A DNA stretch of 64,000 bases from Bacillota bacterium (lineage in GTDB: Bacteria; Bacillota; UBA5301): assembly GCA_017656135.1 (NCBI GenBank), contig JACDOJ010000002.1, forward strand, positions 65,120 to 129,119, in the 5' to 3' direction. Every line of letters begins with the position of its first letter. Within the stretch, counting starts at the first letter, position 1. Both the position numbers and the translations under genes were made by a program. The notes under the pieces were generated by a model, which saw only the letters and a list, made by a program, of their open reading frames with translations, searched no databases and was not told the origin of the DNA. Shown here piece by piece: positions 37,283 to 46,392 of the stretch.

Positions 37283-37987
37283 ATGTCGGAGCGTGCCCAA
37301 AATATAGCTGACAGGGTAGCCAGAGTCCAAGAGAGGATTGTGGCTGCCTGTGCCCGGGCCGGTCGGCGGCCGGAAGAAGTTCTCCTGGTGGCGGTAAGCA
37401 AGAACATGCCGGCCAGCGATATTCAAGCTGCCTACCGGTGCGGACTGCGGAACTTCGGTGAAAATAGGGTTCAAGAGGCCGTCTCCAAGGTGCCTGAATT
37501 GCCCAAGGACATCAGGTGGCATTTCCTAGGCCAGCTGCAGCGCAACAAGGCCCGTAAGGCTCTGGAGTTTGCGGAGCTAATTCACTCCCTAGACCGTATG
37601 AGCTTGGCCGAAACCTTAAACAGGCTGGGCAAAGAGCGGAATCAGGTGGTTTCGGTTCTGGTAGAGGTGAACACCGGCGGCGAGGAGTCCAAGGCCGGGA
37701 TTTCTCCTGCCGAGCTTGAACCCTTTCTCTATCGGCTGCAGGATTTGGAGTGGATAGCTGTCAAGGGGCTGATGACCATCGCTCCCTACGTTGACGACCC
37801 TGAGGCGGCCCGACCCTTCTTCGCTGAGCTGAAGAGACTTGCCCAGCAGGCGGAAGGATATAAGTTGCCCCGGGTTTCCATGGAGGTGCTCTCCATGGGG
37901 ATGACTAATGATTATGAAGCAGCCATTTTGGAAGGATCCACTTTGGTCAGAATCGGCCGGGGGATTTTTGGCCCCCGCCGGAGTTAG
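37283..37987 (+). CDS. yggS: PLP homeostasis protein YggS
   Basis: LVAVSK, FGENRVQE, WHFLGQLQRNK, LSMGMTND, VRIGRGIFG. Confidence 0.95.
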   Translation: MSERAQNIADRVARVQERIVAACARAGRRPEEVLLVAVSKNMPASDIQAAYRCGLRNFGENRVQEAVSKVPELPKDIRWHFLGQLQRNKARKALEFAELIHSLDRMSLAETLNRLGKERNQVVSVLVEVNTGGEESKAGISPAELEPFLYRLQDLEWIAVKGLMTIAPYVDDPEAARPFFAELKRLAQQAEGYKLPRVSMEVLSMGMTNDYEAAILEGSTLVRIGRGIFGPRRS

Positions 37988-38000
37988 GGAGGAGACTTAG

Positions 38001-38465
38001 ATGCCAGGTTTTTTAGACAAAATCTTGGATCTGATGGGGATAGAGGATGAGGAGTATGAGGAGGAGCCGGCCTTTGCCAGGGCTGAGGAATCGGCTAACC
38101 GGGCCATCAAGGTGCGGAAGGTGCCCCGGCCCACCAAAGGGAGGTTGATTTCCTTTCCTACCGGTAAGAATGAGGAAGACGGGGTCAGCAAGGTGGTGCT
38201 CTGTGAGTTGACCGATTACGATCAGATCCCGGAGGTTGTGGCCCATTTGCGCTCCGCTTTTCCGGTGGTAGTCAACTTGCGGAGGAGCAACCCCCAAACG
38301 GCCCAGCGCTTCTTAGATCTGTTGTGTGGGGTGATTTTCGCCCTGGACGGTAAGATCGCCAAAGTAGAAGAGGCGATTTACTTGCTTACTCCTAAGGGAG
38401 TGGACATCAGCGCAGATTTGGATCTGTTCAGTTTGGACCCGCAATTGGATTGGTTAAACAGGTAA
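38001..38465 (+). CDS. sepF: Cell division protein SepF
   Basis: Amphipathic N-terminus, acidic linker, VVVNL..AQRFLDLLCG..FALDG. Confidence 0.9.
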   Translation: MPGFLDKILDLMGIEDEEYEEEPAFARAEESANRAIKVRKVPRPTKGRLISFPTGKNEEDGVSKVVLCELTDYDQIPEVVAHLRSAFPVVVNLRRSNPQTAQRFLDLLCGVIFALDGKIAKVEEAIYLLTPKGVDISADLDLFSLDPQLDWLNR

Positions 38466-38478
38466 AGGAGGGGATGGC

Positions 38479-39288
38479 GTGAACGGCCGGGTAGCCATTA
38501 TAGGGACAGGTGTCATGGGAGGAGCAATCCTTAAGAGGCTGGTCAAAGATTTGGCTGACCCAACCCGAGTGGTAGCCGTTGATATCAATGAGGAGAGACT
38601 TGCCGAACTCAGCCAGGAGTTGGGGGTAGCCACCACCACTTCGGTGCCGGAAGCGATCGCAGATAGCACGATGGCGGTTTTAGCGGTTAAACCCTGGGTG
38701 GTTCCCCAGATTTTGAAAGAACACGGACGGGAGTGGCCAGAGGGGTGTCTGCTGGTCTCGGTGGCGGCGGGAGTCAAGACTCAGACCCTGGAAAAGTACC
38801 TACCTGTCCAGGTTCCGGTGGTTCGGGCCATGCCCAATACACCGGCCTTAATTGGTGCCGGAATCACCGCTTTGGCAGCCGGAAGTGCCGCTAACGAGGA
38901 ACACCTGCGTCAGGCCGCAGAAGTTCTTGGGAAGGTCGGCGAGGTAGTCATCGTTCCTGAGAGTTCCTTGGATGCGGTGACCGGGTTGAGCGGCAGCGGG
39001 CCGGCTTATGTCTACATGTTCATTGAGGCTTTGATCGACGCCGGGGTCAGAGAAGGCTTACCTAGGGAAACCGCCCGTAAACTGGCTGTAGAGACAGTCT
39101 TGGGAGCGGCGAAACTGGTGAAGGAGACCGGTGAACACCCGGCAAAGCTGAAAGATGCGGTCACCACCCCAGGTGGTACCACTATTGCCGGCCTGGCCGC
39201 TTTAGAGACCGGCGGTTTCAGAGGACTGGTATTAGATGCAGTTAGTGAGGCAACCAAAATATCCCGTTTGTTAGGGAAGGATGAGTGA
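38479..39288 (+). CDS. proC: Pyrroline-5-carboxylate reductase
   Basis: GTGVMG, LAVKP, RAMPNTP, GSGPAY, TTPGGTT. Confidence 0.96.
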   Translation: MNGRVAIIGTGVMGGAILKRLVKDLADPTRVVAVDINEERLAELSQELGVATTTSVPEAIADSTMAVLAVKPWVVPQILKEHGREWPEGCLLVSVAAGVKTQTLEKYLPVQVPVVRAMPNTPALIGAGITALAAGSAANEEHLRQAAEVLGKVGEVVIVPESSLDAVTGLSGSGPAYVYMFIEALIDAGVREGLPRETARKLAVETVLGAAKLVKETGEHPAKLKDAVTTPGGTTIAGLAALETGGFRGLVLDAVSEATKISRLLGKDE

Positions 39289-39553
39289 ATTGAGTTTGTG
39301 GGGGCTGGTTAACAGCATTTTCGAAGTTTACACCTGGATTATCATTGCCAGGGTAATTATTTCTTGGGTGGCTCCGGCTTCCCGCCACCCGGCAGTGCGG
39401 TTCGTCTACGATATGACCGAACCTTTGCTGGGCCTGATCCGGAGGTATATTCCGGCCACCGGGGGAATTGACTTCAGTCCTCTGGTAGCTTTGATCATCG
39501 TCCAGCTTGTTCAGAGAATTGTTCTCAACCTTTTGATCAGTATCATGTACTAA
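39281..39553 (+). CDS. yggT: YggT/YlmG membrane protein
   Basis: ISWV..MTEPLL..IRR.IP..GGIDFSP. Confidence 0.93.
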   Translation: MSELSLWGLVNSIFEVYTWIIIARVIISWVAPASRHPAVRFVYDMTEPLLGLIRRYIPATGGIDFSPLVALIIVQLVQRIVLNLLISIMY

Positions 39554-39564
39554 GGTGGGTAGAT

Positions 39565-40347
39565 ATGCGCCAGGAGATTCTGCAGCTTCTGACGACTCCT
39601 GAAGAGCGGGAAGTTGCCGGTCATGTATTAGATCTGGTGGAAAGAGTCAAAGAGCGAGGGAGCGTTGAGACTTCCTGGTTTTTAGCCCTGGCCGAACAGG
39701 ATCTGGTCTCTCAAATCATGCGCCGGTTTCCGGATCTGGAGCATATCTTTCTCGGTGGCTTTCCAAAAGCTGAGCGCAAACGCCTGGTCCTTGGTCCACA
39801 ATATTCAGATCTCCAGAGCCACGGGGAGATCGGGGCGGTGCGGATTGAGGTGAAGACCGGTCCTGAGGGAGAAATCTCTCACCGGGATCTCTTAGGAGCG
39901 GTACTGGGCCTCGGGCTGAACAGGCGATATCTCGGAGATGTGGTGGTCACCGAAACCGGTGGGGAGCTGGTGGCAGCGAACTACCTAGTGCCGGAGATAG
40001 TTAGAGGACTGGTCAGTGTGAGCCGGTACCCGGCCCGGGCTGAGAGGATCCCTTTAGAGGAACTCTCCGTCGGCCTGGAACGCAAAAAACTGGTGAAGGC
40101 CACTGTACCTTCTTTGCGCTTGGATGCAGTGGCGGCGGCCGGTTTCGGCAAGAGCCGCTCCGTTATGGCTAGAGAGATAAAGGCCATGCGGATCAGGGTC
40201 AATGGAAGCCCGGCTAAATCCCCATCTCAAAGTGTGGGTCAGGGAGATATGATCTCTGTACACGGCAAGGGACGGATTGTAATTGCAAAGGTCGGCGGTC
40301 AGACTAAAAAGGGCCGCACAGTCCTGGAAATTGAGCGTTATTATTAA
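39565..40347 (+). CDS. ylmH: YlmH S4-domain RNA-binding protein
   Basis: AERKR, SHRDLLGAVLGLG, SLRLDAV, GDMISVHGKGR. Confidence 0.92.
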   Translation: MRQEILQLLTTPEEREVAGHVLDLVERVKERGSVETSWFLALAEQDLVSQIMRRFPDLEHIFLGGFPKAERKRLVLGPQYSDLQSHGEIGAVRIEVKTGPEGEISHRDLLGAVLGLGLNRRYLGDVVVTETGGELVAANYLVPEIVRGLVSVSRYPARAERIPLEELSVGLERKKLVKATVPSLRLDAVAAAGFGKSRSVMAREIKAMRIRVNGSPAKSPSQSVGQGDMISVHGKGRIVIAKVGGQTKKGRTVLEIERYY

Positions 40348-40361
40348 AGGGGGGGCAGTTG

Positions 40362-40850
40362 ATGCTAACACCGCTGGATATTCAAAATGCCGCTTTTCAT
40401 AGGTCTTTCAGAGGGTATAATGAGGAAGAGGTAGATGACTTTTTAGACAAGGTTTTTTTGGAGTACGAGGCTTTATACCGAGAGAACCAGGAGCTTAAGA
40501 AGAAGCTGGAAGCCTCCTCAAAAAACCCTAAGGTCATCAGTTCTTTGACTGCCGGTCCCACCAACGAGGATGCCCTAGCCAAGAGCAGTCAAATCATTGC
40601 CGATGCCCAGCGCCAGGCCAATGAGATTCTGGCCCGGGCCCAGGAGCAGGTGGCCAGGGAGAAAGCCAGGCTGGAAGAGCTCAAACAGCAGCGTCGGATG
40701 TTCAAAGAACAGTTCCAGGCTATGTTGCAGACCTTTTTCCACATCCTTAAGAACTATGAGGATGGAGAAGTGCCTGACCAAACCTTAGTGCTGAATAGGT
40801 TGAACCAGGACTGGCAGGCTGAGGTATCCGCTGGGGTTGAGAAAGAGTAA
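40362..40850 (+). CDS. divIVA: DivIVA
   Basis: LTPLDIQN..F.RSFRGYNEEEVDDFLD followed by a coiled coil. Confidence 0.93.
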   Translation: MLTPLDIQNAAFHRSFRGYNEEEVDDFLDKVFLEYEALYRENQELKKKLEASSKNPKVISSLTAGPTNEDALAKSSQIIADAQRQANEILARAQEQVAREKARLEELKQQRRMFKEQFQAMLQTFFHILKNYEDGEVPDQTLVLNRLNQDWQAEVSAGVEKE

Positions 40851-40852
40851 CC

Positions 40853-40882
40853 TTGACCGCCATGCCGCCGGTGTAGTATAAT
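40853..40882 (+). promoter_or_regulatory. SigA promoter of the ileS leader
   Basis: TTGACC, 18 bp, TATAAT. Confidence 0.7.
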
Positions 40883-40904
40883 TCTCACTAAAATGTCATC
40901 TGCT

Positions 40905-41137
40905 ACAGCGATGAAGGGAAGAGTAGCAGCGCTCAGCCTGTTCCAGAGAGCCGATGTAAGGTGCGAGTTCGGCACAGGAACCGCTGTGAAGATCATCCCT
41001 GAGTTGAGAGCCGAAGTTTTCCAGTAGGCCTCACGGGTGCTGCCGTTATCCAGCAAAAGAGCGGACAGTTTTCTTCTGTCAATTAGGGTGGTACCGCGGG
41101 AGTACTCTCGCCCCTTAGGGGCGAGTTTTTTATTTTT
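40905..41137 (+). promoter_or_regulatory. T-box riboswitch (Ile) with terminator
   Basis: AGTA loop-E and AGAGAG motifs, specifier ATC at 40992-40994, T-box AGGGTGGTACCGCG at 41085-41098, terminator CTCGCCCC-TTA-GGGGCGAG-TTTTTT. Confidence 0.95.
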
Positions 41138-41174
41138 CAGCAATGTCCAAGACTAAATTTGGAGGTGCTTTTCT

Positions 41175-43982
41175 GTGAGCGACGCAGTCAAGGTCAATTA
41201 CTCAGATACCTTGAACTTGCCGAAGACTGATTTCCCCATGCGGGGCAACCTTCCCAAGAGGGAGCCGGAGATCCAGGCCTTTTGGGAGGAGCACCAGATC
41301 TACCGCAAAGTCCAAGAGCAAGCCAAAGAACGGGGTTATCCCACCTGGATCCTGCACGATGGCCCCCCATATGCCAACGGACACATCCACATCGGGCATG
41401 CTTTGAATAAGACCCTGAAAGATATTTGCGTGAAGTACAAGGCCATGCAGGGCTACCACACCCCCTATGTACACGGTTGGGACACCCATGGCCTTCCCAT
41501 TGAGACCAGGGTTATCAAGGACCTAGGGGTCAATCGCAAGGGTGTCAGCCCCTTGGAGTTCCGCAAAAAATGCAAAGACTACGCCCTGAAGTTCATGAAC
41601 ATCCAGAAGCAGGAGTTCCAGCGGCTGGGGGTCTGGGGGAACTGGGATGACTCCTACTATACTCTCCTCCCTAAGTATGAGGCCAAACAGATTGAGGTTT
41701 TTGGGGAGATGGCCCTCCGGGGGCATATTTACAAGGGCCTGAAACCGGTCTACTGGTGTGTCTCCTGTGAGACCGCCTTAGCTGAAGCTGAGGTTGAGTA
41801 CGATGATAAGAAGTCTCCTTCCATCTACGTGAAGTTCCCGATGATCGATGATAACAAGCTCTTTGGCGGCGATCTGACCAATACCTACGTCATCATCTGG
41901 ACTACAACCCCCTGGACGATTCCGGCCAACCTGGCCATCTGTCTGCATCCGGATTTTGATTACGCTTTGGTCCAGGTGGGAGGGGAACGGTATGTGGTCG
42001 CCGCTGAGCTAGTGGAAAAACTCTCCCAGGAGCTGAACTGGGAAGAGTATGAAGTCCTGCTGAGGTTCAAGGGCAGGGAGCTGGAACGGGCTTTGTGTAA
42101 GCACCCCTTGTTTGACCGGGAATCCTTGCTCATCCTTGGTGAGCACGTCACTTTAGAACAAGGTACCGGTTGTGTTCACACCGCCCCCGGCCACGGTGAA
42201 GAGGACTTTTTGGTCGGTTCCGAATACGGTCTGCCGGTCTTCAACCCAGTGGATCCCACCGGCCACTTCACTGAGGAAGCCGGTCCCTACGCCGGTTTAG
42301 ACTTGGAGGAAGGTAACAAGGTCATTGCCAAGGACCTGGATGAAGCCGGAGCGCTGGTGAAGTTCGGCTTCATTCGGCACCAATTCCCCCACTGCTGGCG
42401 CTGTAAAAACCCGATCGTTTTCCGTGCTACTGAGCAGTGGTTCGCCTCTGTAGACGGTTTCCGGGAGGCTGCCCTAAAAGCCATCGGCGAAGTCAAATGG
42501 CATCCGGCCTGGGGTGAAAACCGCATAGCCAACATGGTTAGGGAGCGCCGGGACTGGTGCATCTCCCGTCAGCGGGTTTGGGGCGTGCCGATTCCGGTCT
42601 TCTACTGCCAGGCTTGCGGGGAGCATATCATCACCCGCGAGACCATTGATGCAGTCAAGGAGCGCTTTGCTGAAGAAGGCTCTGATGCCTGGTTTAAATA
42701 CGAGGCCAAGGAACTCTTGCCCGACGGGTTCACCTGTCCCCACTGCGGTGCTGCTGAGTTTCGGAAGGAGAGCGACATCATGGATGTCTGGTTTGACTCA
42801 GGCTCCAGTCACAGGGCCGTGCTGACCCAGTGGCCGGATCTGAAATGGCCTGCTGACCTCTACTTGGAAGGGAGCGATCAGCATAGGGGCTGGTTCCAGT
42901 CCTCCCTACTGACCTCAGTGGCCACCACCGGGAAAGCACCGTACAAAGAGGTGTTGACCCACGGGTTCATCGTCGATGAAGAGGGCCGGAAGATGTCTAA
43001 ATCCCTGGGGAATGTCATCGCCCCTGACAAGGTCATCAAAGAGTACGGAGCGGATATTCTGCGCCTCTGGGTTTCTTCGGCCGATTACACCGATGACATC
43101 CGGGTATCCAATAACATTCTGAAACAAATGGCTGAGGTTTACCGCCGGATCCGCAACACCGGACGGTTCATCCTTGGAAACCTCTCCGATTTTGATCCGG
43201 AGAAAGACAGTGTACCCTATGAGGAGCTGCCTGAGATTGACCGCTTCGCCCTACACAGGCTCCAGGAGATCCTGGATAAGCTGACCACGGCTTTTGATAA
43301 CTACCAGTTCCACGTCTTCTACCACACCGTGCACAACTACTCGGCGGTGGACTTAGGCGGCTTCTACTTGGATGTGTTGAAGGACCGGCTGTACACCTCA
43401 CCGGCTAAGAGTCATCTCAGGCGCTCCGCTCAGACCGTGCTCTATGAGATCATCAACGTTCTGGTCAGGGTAATCAGCCCGGTTTTGGTCCACACCGCCG
43501 AGGAGATGTGGCAGCACCTGCCACAGACTACCGATAAACCTGTGAGCGTACAGCTGACTTCCTGGCCCAAGGTGAATGAGAAGTACCGGGATGAAGAGTT
43601 GGCGGAGAGGTGGAACCGGTTGTTGAAGATCAGAGATGTGGTGAACAGGGCCCTGGAGGCTGCCCGCTCAGAAAAGACCATCGGAAACAGCTTGGAAGCG
43701 GCGGTGACCCTGTACACCTCCGATGGTGAACTGAGAAAATTCTTGGAGCAGTACAAGTCGGAGTTGGCCACGGTCTTCATCGTCTCCAAGGCGGAGCTGG
43801 CGCCGGAGGGGGCTGCTCCTGGGGCAGAAGCCGTGCGGGATTCCGAACTGGATTTGGCTGTCTTGGTAAGTGAAGCACCTGGGGATAAGTGCGAACGCTG
43901 CTGGATGTACTCTGAGGAAGTGGGGCAGAGCAGCCAACATCCCACACTTTGTCCTCGCTGCGTTGAGGCTATTAGCGGCTAA
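41175..43982 (+). CDS. ileS: Isoleucine--tRNA ligase (type 1)
   Basis: HIGH and KMSKS motifs, C-terminal CERC..CPRC zinc finger; Ile T-box upstream. Confidence 0.98.
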   Translation: MSDAVKVNYSDTLNLPKTDFPMRGNLPKREPEIQAFWEEHQIYRKVQEQAKERGYPTWILHDGPPYANGHIHIGHALNKTLKDICVKYKAMQGYHTPYVHGWDTHGLPIETRVIKDLGVNRKGVSPLEFRKKCKDYALKFMNIQKQEFQRLGVWGNWDDSYYTLLPKYEAKQIEVFGEMALRGHIYKGLKPVYWCVSCETALAEAEVEYDDKKSPSIYVKFPMIDDNKLFGGDLTNTYVIIWTTTPWTIPANLAICLHPDFDYALVQVGGERYVVAAELVEKLSQELNWEEYEVLLRFKGRELERALCKHPLFDRESLLILGEHVTLEQGTGCVHTAPGHGEEDFLVGSEYGLPVFNPVDPTGHFTEEAGPYAGLDLEEGNKVIAKDLDEAGALVKFGFIRHQFPHCWRCKNPIVFRATEQWFASVDGFREAALKAIGEVKWHPAWGENRIANMVRERRDWCISRQRVWGVPIPVFYCQACGEHIITRETIDAVKERFAEEGSDAWFKYEAKELLPDGFTCPHCGAAEFRKESDIMDVWFDSGSSHRAVLTQWPDLKWPADLYLEGSDQHRGWFQSSLLTSVATTGKAPYKEVLTHGFIVDEEGRKMSKSLGNVIAPDKVIKEYGADILRLWVSSADYTDDIRVSNNILKQMAEVYRRIRNTGRFILGNLSDFDPEKDSVPYEELPEIDRFALHRLQEILDKLTTAFDNYQFHVFYHTVHNYSAVDLGGFYLDVLKDRLYTSPAKSHLRRSAQTVLYEIINVLVRVISPVLVHTAEEMWQHLPQTTDKPVSVQLTSWPKVNEKYRDEELAERWNRLLKIRDVVNRALEAARSEKTIGNSLEAAVTLYTSDGELRKFLEQYKSELATVFIVSKAELAPEGAAPGAEAVRDSELDLAVLVSEAPGDKCERCWMYSEEVGQSSQHPTLCPRCVEAISG

Positions 43983-44036
43983 ATGAATAGGCAGGGAACT
44001 GGGTAGGCTATAGATGTGCCTGGAGGTAGTTCCCTG

Positions 44037-44345
44037 ATGGATCCCACCGATCGCAGAGTCTTAGCCGAGTTTTCAGACCGGTTGGAAAAATTGATCGAGG
44101 GGTTGGAGAAGGCCAGCATCGCCGAGTACGTTCAGATGCTGGAGAACCCTGCCAAGATGCTGACTATCAATTTTTTCAACGGGGTGGCCAGGGGCTTTGG
44201 CTTTGCGGTCGGTTTTTCTATAATCGCAGCCTTTTTCCTGTATATTCTAGGTTATCTGGCCCGGTTGAACCTACCGATTATCGGATCGTTCATTGCTGAA
44301 CTGGTCCAACTGGTCCAAGGGCAGCTGGAGAGCTATTCCAGGTAA
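44037..44345 (+). CDS. Small membrane protein (DUF5665-like)
   Basis: NFFNGVARGFGFAVG, NLPIIGSFIAELV; GGAGG RBS before ATG at 44037. Confidence 0.7.
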   Translation: MDPTDRRVLAEFSDRLEKLIEGLEKASIAEYVQMLENPAKMLTINFFNGVARGFGFAVGFSIIAAFFLYILGYLARLNLPIIGSFIAELVQLVQGQLESYSR

Positions 44346-44371
44346 CCTCACCTTTTCAGGAGGTAGATAGT

Positions 44372-45082
44372 ATGCTTACCGAGGGCCAACTTGCTCACTA
44401 CAAACGTAAATTGTTCCAGGAGCAAAAACGGATTTCAGATGAGTTGGCAGAGTTGAGGGCACCCCAAAGTGTTGACTCCTTGAAAGATTCCGTGGGAGAG
44501 CTTTCAGCATATGACAACCATTCTTCAGATTTGGCCACAGAGACTTTTGAGCGGGAGAAGGATATTGGCCTGGCCGACAATCTGAAGATCATCCAATCTC
44601 AGATCGATGAAGCCCTGGAAAGGATCGAAGACGGAACCTACGGTCGGTGTGCCATCTGTGGCCGGGAAATTTCCGAAGAGCGGTTGGAGGCTGTGCCTTA
44701 TGCCACTACATGTCTGGAGCATGCTGATGATGAATTCAACCGTACTACTGAACAGCGCCCTGCAGAGGAAGAAAACCTCTACGCTCCCTTTGACCGTACT
44801 TTTACCGACGGTGCTGAGAATGAAAACATCGGTTTTGACGGTGAAGATACCTGGCAGGCTGTGGCCAGATACGGGACAGCCAACTCGCCCCAAGATATAC
44901 CCGACGCCATTGACTACGACGAGGTATACGTTGATGCCGATGAGGACCGGGGGATTGTGCAGCTTACCGACGCCATCATCGATGTCACCGAGGGCGAGCA
45001 GGATCAGGACCACCTTATCTTTCCGGAGCCGGACAGGAATCGGGAGCGCCGGCCTCACAAGAAGAGGCTTCGGGAGAAGTGA
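44372..45082 (+). CDS. yteA: YteA-like TraR/DksA-family sporulation protein
   Basis: ELSAYDNHSSDLATETFEREKD, YGRCAICG..ERLEAVP, FDGEDTWQAVARYGT. Confidence 0.85.
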   Translation: MLTEGQLAHYKRKLFQEQKRISDELAELRAPQSVDSLKDSVGELSAYDNHSSDLATETFEREKDIGLADNLKIIQSQIDEALERIEDGTYGRCAICGREISEERLEAVPYATTCLEHADDEFNRTTEQRPAEEENLYAPFDRTFTDGAENENIGFDGEDTWQAVARYGTANSPQDIPDAIDYDEVYVDADEDRGIVQLTDAIIDVTEGEQDQDHLIFPEPDRNRERRPHKKRLREK

Positions 45083-45154
45083 CTCAATGGCAGATTGTGC
45101 CTTACCAGTCAGCTGTGGTAAAATAATGAAAAAGAGTACAAGGATTGAGTAAAT

Positions 45155-45616
45155 TTGAATCCAATGGCCCTAGTGCCCCTGATTCTCCTGGTGGACCAGG
45201 GGCTTAAATTCTATGTCAAGACCCACTTTCGCCCCGGTTGGTCGGTTGAGCTGATCCCCGGGGTTATTGACTTAACTTACCTGCGTAACCCCGGTGCCGC
45301 TTTTGGCCTCTTTCACCACCGGACCGAACTTTTGATTCTGATGGGCGTTCTGGCGGTGACCTTGATTTTCATCTACTACCGACGGCTGCCACCGGAGAAA
45401 TATATTCTCCGCTACGGCTTAGCTTTTGGTCTCACCGGGGCGCTGGGAAACCTCTTGGACCGGCTTTTCTACGGTTACGTCATTGACATGTTCAACCTCA
45501 GCTTCTGGCCAGGAGTCTTTAACGTGGCAGATGTCGCCATTATTGTAGGGATCGCCTTGATCGTGATTGAGTTATGGCAGGATGCGGAAGCTGTCGGAGA
45601 GGAGGCTGGGGAATGA
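45155..45616 (+). CDS. lspA: Signal peptidase II
   Basis: DQGLK, NPGAAFG, GALGNLLDR, VID, FNVAD. Confidence 0.95.
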   Translation: MNPMALVPLILLVDQGLKFYVKTHFRPGWSVELIPGVIDLTYLRNPGAAFGLFHHRTELLILMGVLAVTLIFIYYRRLPPEKYILRYGLAFGLTGALGNLLDRLFYGYVIDMFNLSFWPGVFNVADVAIIVGIALIVIELWQDAEAVGEEAGE

Positions 45617-46392
45617 GACCGGTCTTAATTGAAGTTTTCGGAATTCCGGTGTTCAGTTACGGTTTCATGATGGCGGTGGCTTTTCTGGCTGGCTATTTCT
45701 TGGTTCTGCGCCGCTTCAGGGAGCTGGGCCTCAGCCTGGAGAAGCTGGCTGATTTCGCCGTGATCCTGGCGGTTTCCGGTATCATTGGGGCTCGCCTGTT
45801 ATATGTTCTGATCGGTTGGGAGTACTACTCGGCCCACCCGGCCCAGATCTTCAATCTGCCTGCCGGGGGTCTCTCCTTTCACGGCGGAGCGGTCTTAGCT
45901 GTCATCACCGGGGTCTACTACGTTCGCCGGCAACGGCTCCCCCTGGGGAAAATCGCCGATGCTATAGCTCCCGCCTTCGCTCTCGGGGTGGCCCTGGTCC
46001 GAATCGGTTGTTTGCTCAATGGCTGCTGCTATGGCTTGCCATCCACTGTGCCCTGGGCTTTTGACAGCTCTTACCTTCATGATGTACCCAGGCATCCGAC
46101 CCAGCTTTATGAGAGCCTGGCCATGTTTCTAGTCTTTCTTTACCTGCTAAAAAGGGAGAAACACACTTTCTTTCCCGGCTATCTTTTGGTCTTATTCACG
46201 GTGCTCTACTCGGCCAGCCGATTTATCATCGAGTTTTTTCGGGATGTCCCGGAGTTTTGGCCTCCCCTGACCATGGCCCAGGTGGCGAGCCTGTTCTTCA
46301 TTGTTCTCGGGACAGCGGTGATTGTCGTCGGGCAAAAACGCTTTGAGGCCCAAAAGAACAGTATTCAGGGTGAACAAGATGTCTCGCGCTGA
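45613..46392 (+). CDS. lgt: Prolipoprotein diacylglyceryl transferase
   Basis: GARLLYV, GGLSFHGG, RIGCLLNGCCYG, RHPTQLYE, RFIIEFFR. Confidence 0.93.
   Translation: MRPVLIEVFGIPVFSYGFMMAVAFLAGYFLVLRRFRELGLSLEKLADFAVILAVSGIIGARLLYVLIGWEYYSAHPAQIFNLPAGGLSFHGGAVLAVITGVYYVRRQRLPLGKIADAIAPAFALGVALVRIGCLLNGCCYGLPSTVPWAFDSSYLHDVPRHPTQLYESLAMFLVFLYLLKREKHTFFPGYLLVLFTVLYSASRFIIEFFRDVPEFWPPLTMAQVASLFFIVLGTAVIVVGQKRFEAQKNSIQGEQDVSR

Noticed and set aside
40754-41143. 129-aa minus-strand ORF upstream of ileS
   Set aside because: It is antisense to the T-box leader, which fully explains the region.
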